A DNA stretch of 62,377 nt, the filler included, from Sphacelaria rigidula (taxonomy: Eukaryota), in assembly GCA_964200075.2 (NCBI GenBank). It is 5 parts of 5 records of this genome, joined end to end, with 100 filler letters (N's around TTAATTAATTAA, not from the genome) between each part and the next. Parts side by side here need not be neighbours in the genome. Positions count along the whole stretch, not along the records: positions 49,984 to 62,377 come from CAXNAA020003819.1; 4 more parts are not named here. One strand, given 5' to 3'. The translations under genes were made by a program, and so were the position numbers. This document shows, piece by piece, positions 51,618 to 62,377 of the stretch (position 1 is its first letter; every line of letters begins with the position of its first letter). The notes beneath the pieces are model-generated. The model saw nothing but the letters and a program-made list of their open reading frames with translations. It did no database searches and was not told where the DNA came from.

Positions 51618-54360
51618 CTTGCCGCAAAACGGACTGCGCGTACGTCAAATCGACTGATTCCCAGCTGTCAGCGAGATCCATGGTTGCTCGTCCTTCCGGC
51701 GTGACGGTTTGGACGGTGTCACGGTCGAAGTCAAAGACAAACTCGCCGGGGGCAACCGGGAGGTTCTGGGCACTGACGTCACGAGGGATTTCGACCATGG
51801 ACACTTGGCCGGTCACAGTCACCACACGATCGTCGGTCACGGCACGCTGCAAGAGAGACGCCGCCATCTTCTCCTGAGCTTTCTCCTAGAGCAGTTGATC
51901 GGGTTGGTAGCACGCGGGCGAGAGGAGAGACGGGGCTTGTTAGCCGCGAACACCAGCACGAACAGCACTCTCTGTGATTTGCGATGTGAAGTAGCGACTA
52001 CAACAATAGGGTACCCGTATACATGACTTGAAAGATTCCGTCGAAGAACAAAACAGGAATCTCTCCTTGCCGCCAAAGGACAAACAGTCGACAACACGGC
52101 ACGACGACGGATAGACGGAGTACCTTCTAGGGGCTAATCTAGCCGGGAGCGATTCTGATCAGGTCATCACACCAAAAAACATTAGCATTAGCTGAACCGA
52201 ACAAGTCGAACAGCGGTTGAAATCGCCCCAGACGATGATGCGAGAGAAAGCACGGGGCATGTGATGAGAGAAAGACCCGACGATCACGCAGGGTATTGAG
52301 GGTCGCCAATAGACGTACTGCACTGTATGCGATGTCTTGGCCTAATGGATTCCTGAAACAGTAACAATAGGTAACGTACTAACGTACCCTTGACGGCGGA
52401 GGTAACGGGGCCAGAAGAGGTGCCCACTCCACTTCTTGCTCTCGCGACGCCTCGGCGGTTTTCTCTCCTTCGACGTTGGTGGACTCCGGTGCATCGTGAA
52501 ACATGGCCAGCTCTGCACCTGTCAGCATGTGCAGCTCAGGCGCGAACCCCGGTCGTAGTCGTGTGTACGCAAGGGGGGCTCTAGGCAGCTGCGGTCTTCC
52601 TCCAAGGGGTGGTGCCTACGTGATGGCATGGACGCAGAGACGGGCGATCGAGAGCCGAGCCGGAAATCAAACATGATCAAATACAGACACAGGGAAGCGC
52701 GGAGAGTTGGATTCTGCGTAATACTGTATCTATTCTTTGAGCGATTCTACTGGTTTACAAGCTAATGGCAGAAAAAGCGACCGGAAAGTGCCCCCGCGAC
52801 AAGCAGAGTGAACAGAAGCAAGACCTATTAATAGCGCAAACAACGGCGTTCTGTAGAGCTTCACGATCGCTGCGGAGTACGCCGCATGCTCTTATCGGCC
52901 ATTCTGGCGCCTTCATCATGTCATACGATGCGAGTACACCAGGTACGGCGTGCAGGCTGCTCGTTAGGGTGCAGTTCGGTGGACGATTGTCAAACAGCAA
53001 TGTTGCATATATTCCCGGACTGGTAATCGATTGCCCTGAACTTCGATGTGTGTGTCGCTGACACCAGGCTCGGAACGGCGGTACCTGTTTTGATCATCAA
53101 CCCTCCACCGTGCAAAATGCTTGGCCGAACCAAGAGCTGAAGAAACAGTCTACGGTAGATGTGTGGGGTTTCTAAGCCCTCAGAACTATCTGTGCATATT
53201 CTAGGCGTGTTGCCGCAGAGAGCAGACGAAGGACTCGGAATATTCAAGCGGGGAGCGGAGCAACCATTCGAAGGCCTGCCTCCCTTGCCGTAGTTTGGCT
53301 TTTTTCTGCTCAAGACGAAAATCTATATTTATTCCGGAAACTCACTCTAGTAGGTGCAGTTGCCATAGAAAAATACAAAAACAATAACGTTACACAAGGC
53401 CTTCATATGGACCCAGGGCTTGTCTTCATAATAGTTACTACTGCTGGCGTCCGACCTCTGAAACCTTGGATTAATAGTGGTCTGATATGTCGTTTAAGGA
53501 TCAGCTTGAGCGTACTGTACGTCTTCGTTCATGCATACGAGTTCTACGATGAAACGATTTCCCTCAAACACGAAGACGAACAATGTTGTCTCCCATTCAA
53601 TTTTATTGGCCCGAGACAAGCGCTCGTCGCCGCTCTGTCCAACCGCTCGACACAAGGAGCACATAAATACTTGGCGGGTTCTGTTTCCTGTAACGATGTC
53701 CCACCTACTGGTTGGCAAGAGTGTTGATTCCTTCCAAAACCGACTTGTGAGTCGGTGATGGTGCTCTCTTTCTCATGAGACGGCGGCGGTTTGTCTCCAA
53801 GGTACATTCTCCAAATACGGCAGGTAGCGAGCGGACGCGCTCACCTTCTGCAGGAACACCACTCGCGCATCGTCGCCGCTATTCTCGGACAGCACGAGGG
53901 CCGGCGCCAGAGGGATGTTTTCCTGGCCGCTCGACGCGGCAAACGCAAACCTGGCCGGTGAATGTGACATGGCACCAGTGGTGTGGCGGTAAATGAAGAC
54001 CCTTACGTCTAAGTACGGCACGGCCATGCTTGAACAACAAGATCGATCGCGCTGGGCGCCTCGGGTTCGAACATTTTTTCGGGACGCTCTCACCGCTTCC
54101 TTGAAGCATCGTCGAACAAGTGACCTTGTCGGTTTACTGGGAACTTTGGCAGTTGTTTCCCAGACGCTGAATACGTCTTATCCATTTTTTTGTACTGTAT
54201 AGCTTCACCTATTGTGCGCGCGTCTCTCACCTGGCCGCTTTCGTCAACTTTGCCGGCTTAGTGTCCGCCGGGTCCCCGGCACGGCAAGTAAAACTCGTGC
54301 CCACCAGATCCACTTCATCGACGCAAAACGTCTTGGGCGTGGAACGAAGCTTGGAGTCCC
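51618..54360 (-). CDS. Unidentified multi-exon gene C: exons 54360-54231, 53950-53845, 52588-52388, 51885-51618
   Basis: All four segments have AG/GT sites, are stop-free, and chain in phase (1>2, 2>0, 0>0, 0>1). Confidence 0.6.
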
Positions 54361-57300
54361 CTATAGCTAGGGGAAGCCGACTCGCTTCGGCCCTAGCATC
54401 CGAGAGTGCCTATAAACAAAGATAGGTCGGCAACATGGGCGGTAGCTCGTCGGACGAACGCCGGTAGCGGGGACGCACAAAATCACAGGCATAGGCGTGA
54501 TATGGTGCACTTTGAGAGAAAACGGACAAGACGCCACCCGGAGGGGGTAAATGGTCAGCTCTGGCATGACCTGCGCCTTCTGCTGTTTTCGGCCACTACG
54601 TTGTACTGCCGTCGGTCCTTGGTCCCAAACGTTCATGCAGGGCCAACATATCCTAGATTGTAGTATGCAGCTGTTGTGAATTAATGTACGTCATGTTTCC
54701 AAACTGCGAACAAGTTCGACGGCTTTTCATTTTTCCCCTCCTTGGGTGTCGACTCTGCGCTGTAGCTCTGGATCGAGTCGGTGCCGGTTGCGCCTGTAGC
54801 GATTCGCCTATTTCGAGTTGTAGGGCTTCCGAAGAATACGCAAGCTACAGACACCGAATGGTCCTGCTTTTGAGCATATATTTTGACGGAGGAATCCAGG
54901 ACGGTCATCAGAAGCAGCCTTTGCAAAAACATGAACTATGCGGTACGATACTTGTCTCCCGCAGATCCAGATCCACTGCGGCACACGGTGTTCGGTAAAG
55001 TGGGTGAAATTAACTCTTTTCTGGGAGATGCTTTGGTTTTTATGCTATTGTGGTGACACTCCACCCGCCAAAATTTACCCCAGGAAAAAACTAGGGCAAC
55101 GGCCTCGAAAATACATACCTTCTTGTTTCTTGCCCAAGAAAGGTACGAAAAATGGCCAGAAACGCCAAGACAGCAAATACGCCATGAAGACCGTTTTCGC
55201 TCCAAATCTTTCACGCACATCATCTCTCGGGAGGGGGGGGGGGCTTGGCACTCGGGCCTCGAAAACAACCCGAAAGAAGCATATTGCTCGCGATATATAG
55301 CCGTGCGGAAGCGGACGTCTCGCCTTCAGAAACCGCCTCCCCTTTCTAGGCCAACGATTCACCAGATATGCCTGGTTCAAGAGTTATCCTTCAATCGAAC
55401 CTCATCAGGGTCACCGATCGGCCGAGACCATATCTGTTCTAGGCCATCGCTTTCTACACTATACCTCATGTGGCTCATCGCGCGTAAGGGAGTCTACGTG
55501 CCAACTTCAACCATGGCGCGCACACTTTCGGCTCTTTTCCCGCTCATTTGCCGTACACGGACGCCACAATGACCACGACCACGCCCCTTCCTCCCCGGAA
55601 ATGGTTCCCGAGTCTCTCCGCATCGATGCAATAACTGGACTCACAACCCACAACGCGCCGGTCTTTTGTGCTGCGGGGGGTTGTGGCAGTACACCCAGAA
55701 AGCTTTGGTCGTATATTTATGGTTGCCATCATGACCAAGTGATTTTAGACTTGAGAAAGTTTTGAGAAAATGTATGGCTTGGGGCAGGTGAGCAGTACAC
55801 CCAGCTCGTCCAGAACGTGTTTTTGTCGAAATCGGCGCCTGCGGTGTCGATTCGAGGTCTGTCAGTGCACTCTTTGCCTTGAGGAACGTATGCATCCTCC
55901 TTGCCCGAGGGTCTCGTATGCCTTGGGTCGGGGTTAGGGTGAGGGTTAGCGTTAGCGTTTGCGTTGGCGTTATTGTTAGTTTGTTGAAAAAAACAAAACA
56001 TGAATATACGACCAAACCTTCAGGACCAAAACTCTAGGACCAAAACTTCGCATGGCACCATAGATATACGACCAGAACCCCATCACTCACAATGGTGGGC
56101 AGGACAACGTTCGGAGCGAATTGTCGCCCGGGAACAGCCACTTGAAGCGGTGCTTGAAGCGGTGCTTGAAGGAGAAACGACGAGTGCGAACAACCGTGTT
56201 GCTGTCGAGAAACAGTCACGTCTGATAAATCAAGGGCTCGACGACGAGGCTATACATGGCCAAACTTCAGGTACAGAATCGTGTCGTGGTACATCGCACC
56301 TATCACCTACTTGTTCCGGGCACCAGTGTATCCGCCGCCTACCATAGGTCAAAGTTATCCTAGAAGCGCAAGGGTGGGCTACAAGCTGGTCCTACCGCCT
56401 GAGAAAGAAAAGCGCGACCCCAGAATTTCCGCCAAAAGAGCGAGAGATAGGATCTGAAATTGTGAGGGAAAGGTACAAATCAATAAATGTCGACTATCAT
56501 TTTCTCTCTCTCTCCCCCTCCCTCTCTCTCTCCCTCCCTCTCTGTGTGTTCAGAGGAACGCCAGTTTGGCTCAACATTCGACAAAAGATCCGCCCATATT
56601 ACGTTTCAAACTTCGAACGGAAATTCCAAGCTATGTAAATTGCCGAGGGCGTGGAAGGTACCATGAATTGTTCACACCCTGGACAGTATTTATTCGGTCA
56701 ACAGCCGCAATAGCAGACGTAGCTGCAACCGGCCTAAACGTTCTATGCTGTACATTGTTCGTCTACTGCAACTACTGAGCATATATTATCTTGTCCCTCG
56801 TTGTGTGAAATTGTTATCGATGTTTTCTTTAATGAATTGCGTCTGTTTGTGCCGGGACATTCGGATGGCGTAGAGTGAGGACCCCAACAGGTGTGTCGCT
56901 ACTCATACCTTGATATCGACTATACGCCCATCAATCTGCGGTACGATCGAGTGAGAATTCGTGCATGTTGCAATATTTGTACCAAGCCACCACCGACGGG
57001 TACCGCCACTATCAACAGGCCGTATTTGGTGTCCGAGGACATGAATAGTTCGACAAGATGAAAGTGCCCGGGTGGCCGATCAGAGCGCACACCCGGTTGG
57101 CTTTACGGTTGCAGGGAACTGCTTGTGTTGCAATTTTTCGCGCTCTTTTTTCTTTTGCGCTGAAGACACCTCTCTGTGTCAAGTAGAGGGACCATTTAGC
57201 TTGTATCCAAGCCCTACGCTCATTTTTGAAGGGAAAACCCATGACTCCAACAGATGATCCCCCCGTGGCGGTCAAAGGGCCAGACATTGTCCTTCTTCGT

Positions 57301-58456
57301 ATGTATGGTATCTGAAAGCGACCCGCGGGCACGTTAATATTTCTTGTGGTTTACAGGTTCCCACGACTTCTTCCGACGGCGCGGTCGCACGTGCACGCAT
57401 GAGCGGTATGACGGTAATCGGAAGTTGACTTGGAAGACGGCACGAAGCAGGCGTCGACCGCGGTATATTTTTCTAATAGTTTCAATACCAAATATATTGT
57501 ACTTCCTGTGTCCCACAAGCTAGGACAGGCAAGTATGTACGGACCCTTAAGCGTGTTTGACTCGTTTTTCATTGCTGCGGAATACATTACTACTCGGCCT
57601 TGTTTTAGTAAAAGCATGCAAGCAACTTCCTGTGCAACAGACATCGCGGACCTCACACGGCCGAACGGCCGAGATCAATCAAGTCGGCCCGAGAAAAGCC
57701 GGATCCCGCCCCTTGTTCGTGGGCAAAGGAAATGTAAACGCGGGGAAAATGGGGGAAGAAAAATACCTCAACCTCTCCGTTTTTATCTTACTTTTATTTT
57801 TTGTGCAGAGGCCAATTTCTCCTCACCCGAAACACTTTGTCGCGGTTACTTTCTTGTCCCCCACGAACATGGCAAAAATCGGTCGAATTTTGAAAATCCG
57901 GATTTGAAGTGACCAAAATTGGGTGAAAGCTTTGTCCCGAATGATAAACCGAGAGATATACGACGGATTTTCCCTCCCATGTTCCCATCGGCCGTCCCTA
58001 CGTTTTCATCTCCCCACGATACGAACTTTGGTTTCGTAGACACACACCGAACTTTCAACCGAATAAACCCGTCGGATTCTCCCGACTTTTTTCCATCGTC
58101 GTCCTTACACACGTTGCCATTACCCCCACGATACTAGCTTTAGTGTCGTACACAATCACACCAGTGAGATGAGGACTCCCTGTCAATTCAAATACCCATG
58201 ATTATGGGACAGAAGAAGTCGATACCTGATAAATTGATCGTCGCACTTTTACTGACCACCCATGGGTCCAGCCGTGGTCGCACAATAGACGTACCCATGA
58301 AAAGCAAAACTGACACACTCGCTAAAGAAAAAAAGGAACAGAAAAAAGGCGAGCAGAACGACATAGCAGACTAAGAAGACGTGAGAACAAAAGGAAAGCA
58401 CAGAAAAAGATGGCCAACCTGAAAAAAGACACAATGATATGTAGGTATGAACTCAC

Positions 58457-58620
58457 CGGGAATGACCGTCGGACCTGCATCACCGCCTGCGTTATGCAGG
58501 TGTAGGCTATCCCGGCAGTCGCAAGCACAGCGGAAGCCACGGAGCCAAAGTCGAGCATGGCGTTGACCTGGTCGAACCTGATGCTGTGATCCCATGGCAC
58601 ATCAGTCATGGCGGATCTAC
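58457..58620 (-). CDS. Probable upstream exon of gene C (MTDVPWDHSIRFDQVNAMLDFGS...VRRSFP)
   Basis: CCGCCATG start context and CCG|GTGAGT donor; same strand and contig as gene C. Confidence 0.4.
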
Positions 58621-59902
58621 TACAGCGACAACGAGTGAGTGCCGTCACAGTCGGGAGGGAAAGCCACACACGCACACACGCACAAAACGCACGACGACCG
58701 GGGGACGGGGCGGCGTACACCCAATGGTATATTTACAGAAATGGGCAAAGGGGTTGATCCTAGCGAAATAGACTGTTGTTAGACTACAACAATTATCGTC
58801 GAGGCCGACTTTGCCGTCGTGTCTTGCTGTCTGCCACAGATATGTACTGTGCACTCACATGCCCGGTTAATCACCGTCATCGCCACACGCTGCGTTGTTT
58901 AGGGCGACACTACTGCCTATGCTGCACTCCTTATTGTTTCTTCGGCAAAAGTATTATGCTCCAGGGGCCGGTTTACGATCTCGACCTATTATTATAATGT
59001 ACTCGTTCATCCGCGAATGTCCACGCCAATTCTCGGAGCTAAACTCTGGAAACATGCCCATATATACCGTGGAACAAGTACGACACTTTCAAGCGATGGT
59101 ACTGTTTTCTTTTCTTGTGTTTTTGCCGGTTATCGGGGGTCCCATGGTCCTGCGGAGTCACAAACATGCCGTCTGAGACTCTCAATAACCGGCAAGAAAA
59201 AGTGAAATCGCAAACCCCCCCTTACTTGAAAGTGTTTCGTGATGCCCCATACAACGTGTGTGCAAAATGTTCAGAGTCTACCTCCAAGAACAGGCGTGAA
59301 AATTTGCACCTTTGTTGCAATAAGGTGGACATGACAGGTCCAAACTCCCAACTACTTGGCTTTTGGTATCGGAACGACTGTTCCGGGTACGATCGACGTC
59401 GAAACGGTCCCACGGCATCAACTTTTCTAGTTAGGCGACGAAACTTTGCACAAATAAATGTTCCTCGGCCTATATTGTAGTGCGTGAGACAACCGCCTGC
59501 TCAGGGAACCGCATCGGAATTCAAACACCCCTACGGTTACGGTTAGTGTTGGGTTCAGGGTCAGGGGCGTGGTCCCTGCAGGGACTGGCCCGATTGGTTT
59601 TGAAAAAAGTCGATCCTGAGGTGTTTCGAACTACGATTCCATCCCCCCAAGCACACGGTCCTCTCACGCATAACATATATACTCAAGAACGTGCAACTTT
59701 CATTTTGAAGCCTTTTGTGCCGGCTTGCGGGGGGTTTCATGGCGGGACCCCCCAAAGCCGGTAAAGGGTAGAGAAACTTTGATATCTTCTTCAGCCGCCA
59801 TACACTTTCTTGTCCAATTCGAGCACGTATCATAGCTATATCTGGATGATTTCGCATCGCAGTTTTGAAAGTTTTGCTTCAAAATTCGGTATGGAGAATC
59901 AA

Positions 59903-60320
59903 CAGTGGATTCTCGAAAATGGGGTTGAAAAAATAAATGAGGTCCAACTCAAAAGCCGTGCTTTCCCTGACCTATTTTCATGACAAATGACTTTCATACG
60001 GACGTCCTCATCCCTCTTGACGTCCCTCAAACTATTTCGTGGGGTTTCTAACCTTCCGTTCCCCCAAAGGGTATATGCAAAAGCACACCTTTGCCTCGAT
60101 TTCGGTGTGAAAAAATGACGTCTTTTTTGCCCGAAAATCGTGCTTTCGCTCATACCCTTTGGGAGAACGGAAGACTAGAAATGCCCCGAAATGGTTTTTG
60201 GCAGGGCGGGACTAATGGGGTCGTCCATATAAAAGTCGTTTGTCATGAATTTAGGTCAGGGAAAGCACGGCTTTTGAGTCGAACGTCATTTTTTTCAACC
60301 CCATTTTCGAGAATCCACTC
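59903..60320. mobile_element. Palindromic MITE, probably inserted at TTAA
   Basis: TCAA|CAGTGGATTCTCGAAAATGGGGTTG ... CAACCCCATTTTCGAGAATCCACTC|TTAA; arms ~190 nt. Confidence 0.8.
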
Positions 60321-60556
60321 TTAATCGCTAGGAGGGTATACTTCTTGAAAAAAAAACTTCAGCTTCCTGATATTTTCTCATTTTCCAATAAAAGCATGTC
60401 TCCGGGGTGTTTCTTTGGTGGAAAATGGCGGTTGTTTTTGGTCATTACCTCAGTTTTTCGCCTCAATTTTCAAAGTTGTGATTTGAAAGTGAGTCTCCAC
60501 ATAACAATGAAAACAACTAAAAGTGGACCTTCGATTTTTGCAATTCGTGAGATAAC

Positions 60557-61021
60557 GCTACTTCTCATGTATGAAAAAGTAAATCTTGTTGAAAAGTGCA
60601 TTTTTGACCCTTCGCAATTGTTTTTTGTCCGAAAAAAAGGCCAGGCGGATGTTGACACCTTGGAATGACTTGCTGCGCTCGTTGAGACGGTTCCAGAGTA
60701 CCTTTGCGTTTTCCGTAGGTCACAGTTTTGTTCTCGACCAAACTTGCATTTTCAACAACGGTCAACCTATCAAAAACGAGGGTGAAAACTGCCATTTTTC
60801 TGATCACTTGACCGTTGGTTACTGAAAATGCAAGTTTGGTCAGGAGCAAAGCTGCGACTTGCGGGAAACGCAAAGGTGCTCTGAAACGGTCTCAACGAGA
60901 CACAGCAAGTCATTCCAAGGTGTCAGCATCCGCCTGGCCCTATTTTCGGACGAAAAACGATGGAGAAGGGTCAAAAATGTACTCTTCAATTAGATGTGTT
61001 TTTTTATACATGAGAAGTAGC
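60557..61021. mobile_element. Palindromic MITE (arms ~210 nt)
   Basis: GCTACTTCTCATGTAT ... ATACATGAGAAGTAGC, with internal blocks complementary throughout. Confidence 0.8.
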
Positions 61022-62377
61022 CTAAGGACGTTCACGTGAAAAATCGTACTTACCGTACAAAAAACGTCCCCAACTCGTGGGAAATAAAAACTCGACGTGT
61101 TCCGTATTGTTTTCATCTACCTCGCGAATTTCCACGCAGAATTTCGAGGCACTTTCTGTACCAAAACTGGGCGGATAAATGGCTTGCAAGGAACTACTAC
61201 TGCTCCGACTTTCGACCGCACCCGGTCCTGAATCGCCCATTTATTCTCACCTCAATTTTGAGAGTCGAACTTTCAAATTTGGTATGGTGTGGAAAATGAA
61301 GAGGGCAAGATTCTGAAAGCAAGTGAATACAGTATATTTGCGGGGACGAGAATACATATATATATACATAAATTATTTCCCCATGACTTTTGGACATACG
61401 GTGAAAAGTTTACCTCGATTGATACCCTCAACTCATGAAATCGAACGAGAGCCTCCTCGTTGTCCCAGTGTGTATATGTACATAATAATTATAGTCATGC
61501 CTTGTTCATTCCCCATACCAATTTTGAGAGTAAGTGCAACTTTCGAAAATCACGTGAGAATGAGACCACAACCTACAGATCCGCTTCTAGGCTGCCCCAA
61601 CTCGTGTGATGGATTACAACGTGATGTATTAGGAGTAGGAACGGTGCTCCGTCACGAAAGGAATGCGTGGTCAACGGTCAAACGACTAAGGCAGGCAACA
61701 AAAAATGAGTACGCCCCTCCCCCCCCTCCCCAAGTCTTAATGGGCCCCCTGCAAATCTGACTTTGAGAGTCACCCCGATTTTGCACAGGTTGGGGTCTCT
61801 GCAGATTCGGGATCACTTGTGTTGCCCCCATAATGAATGTTCCAACTAGATGTTCTACACAGAACAGTCATTAGTAACGCGACCCTACGGCCACATGGTG
61901 TATAGTGCCCGCCCGCTCATGATGAGAAACAACTACTACTACTACTTCGAGTGAGGCTCAAAAGTTTGCGTCGGCAGCCGATATGCACGCCATTATTTCT
62001 TATTTCACCATTTTTCTCATGTCTGGCCAAGAAATTCGCATCATCATCTCTCATTGCCANNNNNNNNNNCCTATTTTGTCACATCTTTTGAGCTCAATTT
62101 CTCACGGCAAATTTCTTACTTTTTCGAGGATCTGAGGCTCGATTTTTTACCCAGACATTTCTTGGTTAGCGGGCCGGTATACGGTACCGCACAAACAATG
62201 CTCCGGATAGTATCAGCATCATCTGTATGTAGCTGCAGTAATTCAACCCTTGAGACGACGAGCGTTGCCTCGGAACAGTTGTACAGGCTGACAGTCCCGA
62301 GACATCCGGGGTTTCACAGAGCTCGGGGGGGGGGGGGGGTTTAGGGGGGGGGGGTCCTCCGCGGAGCAGGGGGGAAG

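Overview
Eukaryotic nuclear DNA, most likely from a brown alga (Phaeophyceae), inferred from the EsV-1-7 repeat proteins, intron-rich genes with long introns and TTAGGG-like tracts. The window is not one locus. It is five contigs of 12398, 12395, 12395, 12395 and 12394 nt (descending length), joined by identical 100-nt linkers (N44-TTAATTAATTAA-N44), so nothing can be inferred across a linker. Contig 1 (1-12398) holds eight internal exons of a TTI1 (TTT co-chaperone) gene, with MITE/foldback-filled introns. Contig 2 (12499-24893) holds a decayed minus-strand Ty3/Gypsy LTR retrotransposon (gag, PR, RT, RH, IN, chromodomain, Tudor-like module), with a long 3' region, a structured segment before the putative 3' LTR, and nested MITEs. 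Contig 3 (24994-37388) holds an uninterrupted coding minisatellite of about 28 x 38-aa C-x4-C-x16-C-x2-H (EsV-1-7) repeats. Its variation is concentrated at a few positions and is shuffled in blocks, and this is the most interesting feature of the window. Contig 4 (37489-49883) holds a spliced EsV-1-7 gene with a long disordered N-terminus and three repeats. Contig 5 (49984-62377) holds an RTE-like LINE 3' end with a (CAA)n tail, a phase-consistent chain of exons from an unidentified gene, and palindromic MITEs. A ~70-90 nt dispersed repeat with minus-strand RNA-like structure occurs nine times.
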